This document shows positions 37,296 through 45,421 of a DNA stretch of 48,648 nucleotides, in pieces; the stretch's first letter is position 1; each line of letters begins with the position of its first letter. The stretch comes from a virus. Its lineage: Duplodnaviria > Caudoviricetes. The stretch spans positions 1-48,648 of the IMG/VR virus record IMGVR_UViG_3300011444_000003. The stretch is one strand, 5' to 3'. The translations under genes were made by a program, and so were the position numbers. Below the pieces are notes generated by a model, which ran no database searches, was not told where the DNA came from, and worked only from the letters and a program-made list of their open reading frames with translations.

Positions 37296-37328
37296 GAGCC
37301 CCTCGCCTAATCCGGCGGGGGGCTCTTT
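37296..37328 (+). terminator. Terminator between the convergent arms
   Basis: GAGCCCCTCGCC-taatcc-GGCGGGGGGCTC-TTT. Confidence 0.7.
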
Positions 37329-37332
37329 GCGT

Positions 37333-37497
37333 TCAGCGCTTGACTCTGAGCAGCCGGGGGTTTCGCTTGACGGCCTTCTTCGAGGCGTGCCGGGCAGCGT
37401 TGGCCAGGGCGCCGGCCGGCACGCCTCGGGCCACGAGCGCTGCGAACCCGGGGTGGGCCGCTGAGTGACCGTGGATCGGGTGCGGGTGCCGAGCCAT
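37333..37497 (-). CDS. 54-aa basic peptide
   Basis: TGATG coupling: MARHPHP...AHPGF...ASKKAVKRNPRLLRVKR. Confidence 0.6.
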   Translation of the reverse strand: MARHPHPIHGHSAAHPGFAALVARGVPAGALANAARHASKKAVKRNPRLLRVKR

Positions 37498-38333
37498 CAC
37501 GGACCAGCGACGGCGTCCACGCACTGCCAGGTGCGCTGGTCGAGCACGGCGGTGACTGGAAGCCCGCAGACCCGCTGGAGGTTCTGCATGGCGGCGATGC
37601 TCCACAACTGCATGACCTGGTAGGGCGGGTGGATGTCCTGGCCAGCCTCGAAGATGGCGACGTGGTTGAAATACGTCACCGCACCCTGTGTAAACGGGTC
37701 GTTGGTGCCGGGGGCGTAGCCCGAGCCGAGCACGAGGTCCGGCTTGACGGCCACCGGCCACAGCCCGTACTGGTGGTGCCACGGGTCGTAGACGATCGCT
37801 GGCGGCGGGCTCGGCGGGCCCGAGTCCTTGAAGGTGCAGGTGTTGAGCACCCACGGCGCACGCCGGTAGTTCCGGCTCGCCGGGATATCGCTCGGCTGGA
37901 TATGCCAGGGCTCGGCGTTGACGTTGGCGAAGTCCCGCAAGCAGAACTTCCACTCGTTGGCGTTCATCCAGCCCCACGAGGAGGTCGGGACCATGTCGCA
38001 GGCCACCGCACCGCCGCTCGTGCCGTCGGCGGGGAAGCCCTCGTGGTTGGAGTTGCCCGGGCTGGCGAAGCCGGGGCCGCCGTTGGTGGGCTGGACCCGC
38101 CAGCAGGTGCCAACGCCGAGGGGCACGCCGTTCGCCGCTGCGAACTCCATGAGGCCACGGACCCGCCGCCAGAACTCGAAGTTGGCCTGGCGCACGGTCT
38201 GCTTGGTCTCCAACTGCGCCATCGTCACCTGAGCACCGGCGTATCCGTACGGATACGGCTGGTTGTCAGGCAGACAGGCGGACAGGGCGGCAACAGCGAT
38301 GACGGCGACGAGCGCCGCCAGCGCCCGCCTCAT
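37497..38333 (-). CDS. Endolysin candidate: lipoprotein M15 (VanY-like) Zn peptidase with C-terminal PG-binding domain
   Basis: Lipobox LSAC. PGNSNHEG...AVACD and EPWH motifs. C-terminal LQ..CGL..T..LD..TW. Confidence 0.8.
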   Translation of the reverse strand: MRRALAALVAVIAVAALSACLPDNQPYPYGYAGAQVTMAQLETKQTVRQANFEFWRRVRGLMEFAAANGVPLGVGTCWRVQPTNGGPGFASPGNSNHEGFPADGTSGGAVACDMVPTSSWGWMNANEWKFCLRDFANVNAEPWHIQPSDIPASRNYRRAPWVLNTCTFKDSGPPSPPPAIVYDPWHHQYGLWPVAVKPDLVLGSGYAPGTNDPFTQGAVTYFNHVAIFEAGQDIHPPYQVMQLWSIAAMQNLQRVCGLPVTAVLDQRTWQCVDAVAGP

Positions 38334-38464
38334 GCTAGCGCTGGGACGAGGCCGAGGAGCAGCACTAGGCCGACCACGGCCACGATCACAGCCCAGAGAG
38401 CGCCGGCCACACGACCGACGACGAAGACGATCACGAGCAGGACGAGGAAAGCAAGGAGGCTCAT
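38330..38464 (-). CDS. 44-aa two-TM protein, holin candidate (not in ORF track)
   Basis: MSLLAFLVLLVIVFVVGRVAGALWAVIVAVVGLVLLLGLVPALA. TAAGGT 7 nt upstream. ATGA-coupled to the endolysin. Confidence 0.65.
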   Translation of the reverse strand: MSLLAFLVLLVIVFVVGRVAGALWAVIVAVVGLVLLLGLVPALA

Positions 38465-38474
38465 GCGGTCGACC

Positions 38475-38885
38475 TTAGGCGCCGAGTTGCCGGTCGATGC
38501 CCTTGCCCTTGTACCGCTTGTTGTACGAGTAGGGCCCGAAGCCGCCCTCGAAGTCCGGGCCTCGGCCCCGAGCGGCCTTGCGCCGGGGGTAGGACCCGTT
38601 CGGACCTGGGCCGGTGCCCCGGCTCATGACCTGCCCGCTGGGCCGGCGAGCGCCGGGCCCGTACTTGCGGTTGCCCATCGTGACGGGGTCGAACTGGGGC
38701 GAGTCCTCGGTGATCGTCGAGGCCCGGGAGCCCACCTTGGTGGAGCGGAGCCCGGAGCCCCTCGTGACCTTGGCGTTCGGCCGGCCCTTGCGGCCATCGC
38801 CAGAAACGCCCACGCCGAGTCGGCCGGTGACGGACCCGCTGGCCGACTTGCCCTTCACGGCGTTGAGGTACTTGTTGGCTGCCAT
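38475..38885 (-). CDS. Basic Gly/Arg/Lys-rich protein
   Basis: Start moved to ATG 38885 (TAGGCT 7 nt upstream). Confidence 0.65.
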   Translation of the reverse strand: MAANKYLNAVKGKSASGSVTGRLGVGVSGDGRKGRPNAKVTRGSGLRSTKVGSRASTITEDSPQFDPVTMGNRKYGPGARRPSGQVMSRGTGPGPNGSYPRRKAARGRGPDFEGGFGPYSYNKRYKGKGIDRQLGA

Positions 38886-38895
38886 GCGGGCGAGC

Positions 38896-39195
38896 CTACC
38901 GGGCCTGGCCGGGCGGCCTGCTTGCGGCGCCACGGGCCAGCGCCTGCTGGAACCGGGCGCTCACCGCCGCCAGCATGGCGTCGTTGACGTCCCGCTGCTT
39001 GGGCCTGTAGGTGTGCCTGGCCGGCGTGAAGCGGGGCATCGGAGCGGGGCCAGGGCTCGGCTGCCAGTACATCAGCGAGTGCGCACGGCTCCCCGTCGGC
39101 TTGCGGGCGGCCAGGCGGATCGACGCCTGACGGCTGCCTAGCCCCCGGCGGTCCTGGATGTCGTTGGGATCGCCCGGAGGCAAGGTCAGGCCCAT
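38896..39195 (-). CDS. Basic hypothetical protein
   Basis: TAGTCT 7 nt upstream. N-terminal NDIQDRRG motif. Confidence 0.6.
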   Translation of the reverse strand: MGLTLPPGDPNDIQDRRGLGSRQASIRLAARKPTGSRAHSLMYWQPSPGPAPMPRFTPARHTYRPKQRDVNDAMLAAVSARFQQALARGAASRPPGQAR

Positions 39196-39205
39196 AGGGC
39201 CGAGA

Positions 39206-39301
39206 CTAGTGGCCGCCCAGCGCTTGGATGACGAGCACAGTCCACCACGAAACTCCTACGAGCACGACGGCCAGGAGGGGGCCCTCGACCCAGCGCCTCA
39301 C
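39206..39301 (-). CDS. 31-aa membrane peptide
   Basis: GTGA coupling: MRRWVEGPLLAVVLVGVSWWTVLVIQALGGH. Confidence 0.45.
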   Translation of the reverse strand: MRRWVEGPLLAVVLVGVSWWTVLVIQALGGH

Positions 39302-40347
39302 GGCTGGGCCTTCGAGGAGGCGAAGACAGGCAGGCGTTGGACGATGCCGTGCTCGGGCGTGACGAAGAACATGCCCTGCTGGGGCCGCTCGAACCCGAAG
39401 CCGCCGTCCTTGGCGTACTCGTCGTACCCCTTCAGGCTGCCGTTCACGACGAAGTCCTGGCCCCACAACATCTGGTGCCAGTGCCCCATCAGGGCCACGT
39501 CGTAGGGCTTCTGGACGGCGCCGTACATGGCGTGCCGGCGCAGCCCCCACTTCATCAGCGAGGGGTAGAGCCCGCCGACGCCGCCGGCCGAGCGGAACGA
39601 ATCGCCGTGGGTGAGCAGGAAGGTCGTGTCGTAGACCTTGATCTGCTGCTCGGCGGCCGTCGAGATCTGGAACGTGATGCGGCTGTCGTCCCTTAGCGTG
39701 TCGGCCAGCCAGTTGTAGATGATCCAGGCGTTGCTCGACTCGGCCCGCTTCTTCTTGGGCGTCTGCTTGTAGGTGCGGTCGTGGTTGCCGTCAACCGTGG
39801 GGACGTGAACGTGGCCGAACTCGTCGGCGAGGTGCCGCAGGGCCGAAGCGAGAGCCGGCACCCAGTGGACGATGGTCGCCGGCACAGGCGCAGTGTTGGT
39901 TCGAGCCAACTCGTCATGGATCTCTCCTGTGATGATGTCCCCGAGGAGGGGGACGACGATGCCCTGGAGCGTCACGCCGGCCACGTAGTTCTTGGCCAGG
40001 TCGACCGCCCCGTTGACGATGCGCTCCAGCCTGGCGTGGGCGATGGGCCGGTCGTAGGCGTTCATGCCATCCATCTCGTCGAGATCGACCACCTCGTCGA
40101 GGTGCAGGTCGCTCAGCATGAGGACGGGGGTGGCGACGTGGGTGCGCTTCGAGCGGGGCTTGGTCACCCAGGCCGGCGCCGTCAGGTCCGACGCCTTGAC
40201 GTAGGCGTACCGGTCGAGGCGCTTCTGGAGCCCGTCGAGCGTCAGCGCCTGCTGTCCGTTCTCACGCTTCAGGCGCCGGATCTCGTTGAAGCGCTCCTCG
40301 GCCAGTCCGTTCGCCCGGGCGAGGGCCTTCTCGATGTCAACGGTCAC
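39298..40347 (-). CDS. Calcineurin-like metallophosphoesterase
   Basis: SDLH, GDII, GNHD, HGD and GHWH motifs. Start GTG 40347 (GTGA overlap). Confidence 0.88.
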   Translation of the reverse strand: MTVDIEKALARANGLAEERFNEIRRLKRENGQQALTLDGLQKRLDRYAYVKASDLTAPAWVTKPRSKRTHVATPVLMLSDLHLDEVVDLDEMDGMNAYDRPIAHARLERIVNGAVDLAKNYVAGVTLQGIVVPLLGDIITGEIHDELARTNTAPVPATIVHWVPALASALRHLADEFGHVHVPTVDGNHDRTYKQTPKKKRAESSNAWIIYNWLADTLRDDSRITFQISTAAEQQIKVYDTTFLLTHGDSFRSAGGVGGLYPSLMKWGLRRHAMYGAVQKPYDVALMGHWHQMLWGQDFVVNGSLKGYDEYAKDGGFGFERPQQGMFFVTPEHGIVQRLPVFASSKAQP

Positions 40348-41252
40348 TGACCCACCGTACCCCGTGAGTCGGTGCCGAGGTCCCTGATCTGGAACGTCAG
40401 CAGGGCCAGGGCGTGGAAGACCACGGCCTGGAGGTGGAACGAGCCTGTCTCCTCGTCGACGTCCTCGCCGGACCAGAAGGCGGCCAGGTGGCGCTGGAGC
40501 GCCGCCATGCTCAGGCCCCAGTCGTAACCCCTTTCCCAGTTTCGGTCCTGATACTTGGATGCCCCCTTGCCGAAGTGCTCGGCCACGAGGAGGAGGGCGT
40601 CGTAGGGCAGCAGGTCGAAGCGGGCCAACTTCGAGCCCTTGGCCCCGCCGGTCTCGGGGTCGACAACCATCTGCTCGCCCCGCAGCCACTGCTCCTTGGT
40701 GCTTGGCAGCGTGTAAACGCCTTCGGGCAGGCCGGCTCCAAACCAGGCGTAGTTCTGGAACAGCGAGACGTGGGTGGCGTGGTCGTCGTACTCCACCTCG
40801 CCGTCCTCGGGCTCGCTGTCCTCCAGGGTGTAGTCGTCCATCACCTGGAGTTCGATGCCCAGCGGGCCATTGAGCACCCAGGGCTGGAGCCGATCCTCGT
40901 GGTACTCCAGCCGGAAGATGTCCTTGTCGAGCGAGCGAGCCAGGCGGTACTCCCGCTGGGCGCCGGACGACAGGGCCCAGCCGTCGAGCAGCACGAGGGC
41001 GTCGGACACGGTGACGGCCGCCTCGTCCCACCGGAACGCCTCGGCGAGGTCGAAGCGGGGCAGGCCGCCCACGTCCCCAGAGAGGTAGCCCGGGTCGAGG
41101 ATCGACACGGAGCCCGAGTCCAGGTCGTGCCTGGCCGGGTTGAAGACGTGCCAGCCGAAGCCCGAGAGCAGGGCGTCCGCCGCCATGAAGCGGGGGAAGT
41201 TGAACTCGGGGATGCCCCGCATGGGGCCGGCGATGTAAGCGGTAGTGGTCAT
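40344..41252 (-). CDS. Fusion: DUF4406 / nucleoside-deoxyribosyltransferase-like + dATP/dGTP diphosphohydrolase (DUF5664) domain
   Basis: YIAGPM.G..FN...F...NPA...D..W..S.GA..E in the N-terminal half. K.RFDLLP...GA.KY..RNWE.G...RHL...GED.D.ETG..HL in the C-terminal half. Confidence 0.85.
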   Translation of the reverse strand: MTTTAYIAGPMRGIPEFNFPRFMAADALLSGFGWHVFNPARHDLDSGSVSILDPGYLSGDVGGLPRFDLAEAFRWDEAAVTVSDALVLLDGWALSSGAQREYRLARSLDKDIFRLEYHEDRLQPWVLNGPLGIELQVMDDYTLEDSEPEDGEVEYDDHATHVSLFQNYAWFGAGLPEGVYTLPSTKEQWLRGEQMVVDPETGGAKGSKLARFDLLPYDALLLVAEHFGKGASKYQDRNWERGYDWGLSMAALQRHLAAFWSGEDVDEETGSFHLQAVVFHALALLTFQIRDLGTDSRGTVGQ

Positions 41253-41575
41253 GGTGCCTCCTGGATGAGCCCGGCAGCGCCGGGGGAGTCGGGAACGTAG
41301 ACGGTGCGGCCGAGGGCCGCCTTGACGTGCGCCTGGCCGTTGTCGAGGTAGTCGACGGCGCTGCGCAGCCAGGTCAAGTCCTCGTGCAGGGTGCCGAGGG
41401 TGCGGTTGCAGTAGACGCAAAGCAGGCCCCGCACGGCGCCGGTGCGGTGGTCGTGGTCCCGCTGTGGCGGCCGGCCAGGCCGGAAGCGCTTGCCGCAGAT
41501 AGCGCAGACCCCCCGCTGTGCGTGCAGCAGGAGTTCGACGTCGACATCGGTGAGCCCGAGGCGCTTCACTGCCAC
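41249..41575 (-). CDS. Recombination endonuclease VII-like HNH nuclease
   Basis: Q.G.CAIC...DHDH.TG.VRGLLC..CN..LG. Confidence 0.9.
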   Translation of the reverse strand: MAVKRLGLTDVDVELLLHAQRGVCAICGKRFRPGRPPQRDHDHRTGAVRGLLCVYCNRTLGTLHEDLTWLRSAVDYLDNGQAHVKAALGRTVYVPDSPGAAGLIQEAP

Positions 41576-43419
41576 TGCTTGCCCTCGAATCGGAGCGGGA
41601 GCGAGTACGGGTTCACGTCGGCCAGGATACGGCCGAGAGTGGCCTCGACCACCTCGTGGTAGCCGGGCTCGATCTCGAACATGAAGGCGTCGTGGACTTC
41701 GAGCACGAGCCCGTCGAGCGCCTGCTCGGCCTCGATCATGACGTCCTTCATCACCTCGGCCACCGCCCCCTGGATCAGGGAGTTGGCCACGGCGTACTCG
41801 GGCACCCGTCCGAAGCGGGAGTTGACGTGCCGGCGCCGGCCGGGCCAGGGCAACTGGGCGTAGCCCCGGCGGCGAGCCTCCTTGCCGACCCGCCTCGACC
41901 AGGCGTGGTAGGTGGGGAACATGGACCTGTGGCCGTCCCGGACCTTCGTGGCCATCGCCCTGGCCTGCTCCTGCGGGATGCCGGCCTTGGCGGCGAACCG
42001 GGTCATCTGGTCGATGCCGGCGCCGTACGGGATGCCGTAGTCGACGTTCTTCGCCAGCGTGTAGTACCGGCTGGCGTGGTCCTTCGTGCCGAACAGGTCG
42101 AAGGCCATCTCCTCGTGCATGTTCCGGCCCTCTTGGAGGATGGCGGTCATCACGGGGTCACCGCTCAGGGCGGCCATGATCCACAGTTCGGCCGAGGCCA
42201 GGTCCCACTCCCAGATCTCCAGTCCAGGCGCCGCCCTGAAGGACTCCCGCACGCCCGGCAGAGTCGAGCCCTTGGGGATCTGGTGCAGGTTGGGCATCGA
42301 CGACGAGCGCCGGCCGGTGACCGTGCCCACCGGGTTGAACGACGGGTGGACCCGGCCGTCGACGCTCGTGCTGGCGTACTCGAACAGCGGGCCGACGTAG
42401 GAGTTCAGCGCCTTGGCGGCGCCTCGGTAGGAGAGGATGTCCTCGGCCACCGGGTGGCCCTCCATCTGCTCCAGGGCGGCCTTGGCGGTGCTCGGGACGC
42501 CCTTGTCCGTCGTCTCGATGACCGGGAGCCCGTGGACGTCGTAGAGCAGCGCCCGCACCTCGACCGGCTTGGACAGGTCGTGGTCGGGGTACTTCTCCTG
42601 GATGGCCTCGACGATGGCCCGATACTCGTAGCCGGCGGTCTGGAGGCGCTCAGGGTCGACGAGGACGCCACGGCGGCGCATCCTGTACAGGCACTCCTGG
42701 ACCTGCATCTCACGGCGCAGAGCGGGCGTCCAGCGGGCGCCCTGGTAGGTCTGCAACTTCAGCGTGTCGACCGGGTCGGTGCCGGCGTAGGGCGCCATCT
42801 CCTCGGGGTACAGGTCGCCCCAGGACAGGTCCTTCGAGGCACTCCTGGCCTTGGCTCGGGACCAGGCGGCCGGCATGTCGGGGTACTCCGCTCGCAGCCG
42901 GCGGTACATCTCGGTCTGGTTCGGCCGCTTGCGCAGTTCCGCCAGGGCCTTCTGCTCGGCCCTGCTGTCGCCGCCGAGGTACAGGTCGGAGAGGGTCTTC
43001 AGCCCCTTGGGCCGGTTCTCATCCTCCAGCCAGGCGGCGGTGGCCGTGTCGTAGGTGTTCCAGCGGTGGGTGAAGCCCCGTCCCGAGCGCTCCAGGATGG
43101 CCCAGTCGAACTGGGCATTGTGCATGACGTGGCGGGCCGTGGTGCGGCTCAGGGCGTCGAGCAGCCCCTCGATGCCAGCGGGGTCGGCCTGGCGCCCGAG
43201 CCGGTGCTGGACGGGGATGTAGTAGCCAGTCCCCTCGTCGATGGCCACACTTAGCCCGGACATCTGGGCCCCGTTCCAGGGCATGAGGTTGCGCCCGTGG
43301 TCGCCGATCTTGCGATCGCCCTCGTCGAACGTCTCGGTGTCGATGCCGACCCGGTCGGCCCGCATCACCCGGTCGGCCAGGTCACCGAGTTCGGTGCGGT
43401 CCCGGAGCAGTCGGATCAT
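41566..43419 (-). CDS. polA: Family A DNA polymerase with 3'-5' exonuclease
   Basis: Exo motifs DTET, HNAQFD and YAGTD. TGR.SS..PNL.QIP, motif A DLASAEL, motif B KNVDYGIPYG, IQG and motif C VHD. Confidence 0.93.
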   Translation of the reverse strand: MIRLLRDRTELGDLADRVMRADRVGIDTETFDEGDRKIGDHGRNLMPWNGAQMSGLSVAIDEGTGYYIPVQHRLGRQADPAGIEGLLDALSRTTARHVMHNAQFDWAILERSGRGFTHRWNTYDTATAAWLEDENRPKGLKTLSDLYLGGDSRAEQKALAELRKRPNQTEMYRRLRAEYPDMPAAWSRAKARSASKDLSWGDLYPEEMAPYAGTDPVDTLKLQTYQGARWTPALRREMQVQECLYRMRRRGVLVDPERLQTAGYEYRAIVEAIQEKYPDHDLSKPVEVRALLYDVHGLPVIETTDKGVPSTAKAALEQMEGHPVAEDILSYRGAAKALNSYVGPLFEYASTSVDGRVHPSFNPVGTVTGRRSSSMPNLHQIPKGSTLPGVRESFRAAPGLEIWEWDLASAELWIMAALSGDPVMTAILQEGRNMHEEMAFDLFGTKDHASRYYTLAKNVDYGIPYGAGIDQMTRFAAKAGIPQEQARAMATKVRDGHRSMFPTYHAWSRRVGKEARRRGYAQLPWPGRRRHVNSRFGRVPEYAVANSLIQGAVAEVMKDVMIEAEQALDGLVLEVHDAFMFEIEPGYHEVVEATLGRILADVNPYSLPLRFEGKQWQ

Positions 43420-44072
43420 CAGTCCTCCATCTCGATCAGGATGTCCGGCCTCGGGTTGTAGCGGGCGACGGAGCGGGCGATGAGCCCGACTTCCTCTCGG
43501 TCAAGCGGCGGGTCGACCAGCACGGCGTTGAGGGCGGCTACGGCCCGGCCGATGGCCTCGGGGCTGCCGCCCTGCTTGCGCACGGTGCCGGCGATGGCGG
43601 CCAGGGTGTGGTTGCGCCGGCCCGCAGGGATGCGGTCCCACTCCAGGCCCGTGTAAACGTCTTGGGTAGCGGCCTTGGGCAGCCAGGTGGGGTTGAAGGG
43701 AGCGATGGGCCGGACAGGCTGGACAGGCTCGTAACCAGGGGCGAACGGCGCCACGACGTACGAACCACGGCCGGCCCGGACATCGACGTCCGGCCAGACG
43801 CCCACCGCCGGGCCTTCGGGCGAGCCCGGGGTCCAGCGGTAGTAGACGTGCCAGCCTCGGGGCGTCTTGATCTCCAGGCTGTCCTTGGCCGGGTCGCCGT
43901 CCCACCAGAGTGAGCGGGCTGGAGCGGAGTCGAAGTCCATGATGACCAGGGCGTCTGCCCGTAGACCGTGCCAGTCGCCGCTGCTGTGCTCGACACCCGG
44001 GTAGTCCGGCGAGGCCCACCCGCCGACAGCGGGTTCCTTCGAGCCGGGCTTCAGGGGAAGGTAGATACGCAT
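43419..44072 (-). CDS. Bifunctional primase-polymerase (Prim-Pol) with PriCT-1 domain
   Basis: PL.PG.K.P, MDFD, TPRGWH.YY, DVR....YVVAP, then I..G.RN.TL...N...PPL...E...I..S. Start ATG 44072 after GAGAGGA. Confidence 0.88.
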   Translation of the reverse strand: MRIYLPLKPGSKEPAVGGWASPDYPGVEHSSGDWHGLRADALVIMDFDSAPARSLWWDGDPAKDSLEIKTPRGWHVYYRWTPGSPEGPAVGVWPDVDVRAGRGSYVVAPFAPGYEPVQPVRPIAPFNPTWLPKAATQDVYTGLEWDRIPAGRRNHTLAAIAGTVRKQGGSPEAIGRAVAALNAVLVDPPLDREEVGLIARSVARYNPRPDILIEMED

Positions 44073-44150
44073 GAGTTCCTCTCGTCCCTCTCGCTGTGGT
44101 CGCCAGCCCCGGGGGGAGAGGATCACCCCCGGGGCCAGCACTCGACGTCG

Positions 44151-44639
44151 TCAGCCGGGAAGGCTGGCGGCCTCGAACTTGGACAAGTCGTTCCACCCGT
44201 CCTTGACGGTGGCGTGTGCCTTGAAGACGGCCACGCCCCGCTGGGCCTGAAGGCGGCCCAGCGACAGGCTGACCTTGCCGGTGGCGTAGTCGACTGTTTC
44301 GCCGAGCGCCTCCAGCAGTGGCAGCGTGAAGCCGGCGCCCTTGCCGACCAGCATGAAGTTGCGCTGGACCGTCCGGTCCATCATGGGCCCGACGTCGAGC
44401 ACCTTGGCGGTGATCGCCAGCATCGGCCGGTGGTCCTTGGTGGCCGACTTGCCGATGTCGACGAGGAGGAACGTGTAGTCGCCCTCGGGGATCGGCAGCA
44501 TCGCCTCGGACAGGTCGAGCACCATCTCGTCCGCCTCCGCTTGGGCGGCGGCGATCAGGTCATCGGCATCTGCGAGGCCCAGTTCCTCGTCTGAGAACTG
44601 GTCGGCGGGGTCGTCCTGCATGGTGGGCTCAGCGCTCAT
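44151..44639 (-). CDS. DUF669-like / SSB-like protein
   Basis: PIPEGDY...S....PM pattern. Follows the Sak4-like ATPase with ATGA coupling. Confidence 0.6.
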   Translation of the reverse strand: MSAEPTMQDDPADQFSDEELGLADADDLIAAAQAEADEMVLDLSEAMLPIPEGDYTFLLVDIGKSATKDHRPMLAITAKVLDVGPMMDRTVQRNFMLVGKGAGFTLPLLEALGETVDYATGKVSLSLGRLQAQRGVAVFKAHATVKDGWNDLSKFEAASLPG

Positions 44640-45421
44640 GGGGTCTCCTTCGTCGGGGTGGGCTTGCGGTACGCACGGCCGATGGCCGCCTTGATCTTGG
44701 GGATGGTCGGGTCTGTCATCGAGCCCCTCAGGGTACTGGTCCAGCGGTTGCCGGCCACCCTGCGGGGATCGTCGGGAGCCCACGAGAGGGTGCGGACGTC
44801 GGTGCCGTCCGGCTTGGTGCCCTTCTCGTACTCGCCGATCACGTTGGCCCACTCCTCCAGCACCTTGCGGGTGGCGGCGGGCAGATCCGGGCCCCGGCGG
44901 TACTCGCCGTGCTCGGGGTCTGGGTCCCTGGTGTGGCAGAGGACGATGATGTCCTTGCCCGTGCGCCGCAGCATGCTGAGCACACGACCGTACGCCTGGG
45001 CCAGGGCGTTGTAGTCCCGGAGTTCGGGCACGGTCTTGCCAATCTGGAGCATGCCGGCGTTCTCGCCCCGGTTCTGCCCGGTGGCGGTGTCGACGGCCTC
45101 CTCGATCAGGAAGCGGGCCAGGGCGTTGCCGGTGTCGATGACCCAGGTGTCTCGCTCCCAGGAGCGGCGCTTGGCCTCGACGAACAGGCCGTTGAGGTCC
45201 TGCCAGGCGGTGGGTTCCCAGGAGAGGATGTCGGCGCCCTCGGGCACCGCCTCGCCTTCGAGGGACCCGTCCAGGTCGATGAACAGCGGTCGGCTGGCGG
45301 TGGCCGCCAGCGTCGTCTTGCCGACAGCCTTGCGGCCGTACACGACGAGACGGAGGGGAGGAACCTGTCGAACAACCGGGGCCGGCTGCTGCGACAGGGT
45401 GGGGATGGTGCTACCAGTCAT
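44636..45421 (-). CDS. AAA_24 / Sak4-like ATPase
   Basis: VVYG...VGKTTLA, LFID.DG, VIDT and LCH motifs. Confidence 0.8.
   Translation of the reverse strand: MTGSTIPTLSQQPAPVVRQVPPLRLVVYGRKAVGKTTLAATASRPLFIDLDGSLEGEAVPEGADILSWEPTAWQDLNGLFVEAKRRSWERDTWVIDTGNALARFLIEEAVDTATGQNRGENAGMLQIGKTVPELRDYNALAQAYGRVLSMLRRTGKDIIVLCHTRDPDPEHGEYRRGPDLPAATRKVLEEWANVIGEYEKGTKPDGTDVRTLSWAPDDPRRVAGNRWTSTLRGSMTDPTIPKIKAAIGRAYRKPTPTKETP

Noticed and set aside
40344-43419. 2-aminoadenine (Z-genome) system
   Set aside because: A dATP/dGTP diphosphohydrolase domain and an odd PolA are present, but I see no PurZ (adenylosuccinate synthetase-like) or DatZ HD-domain gene.
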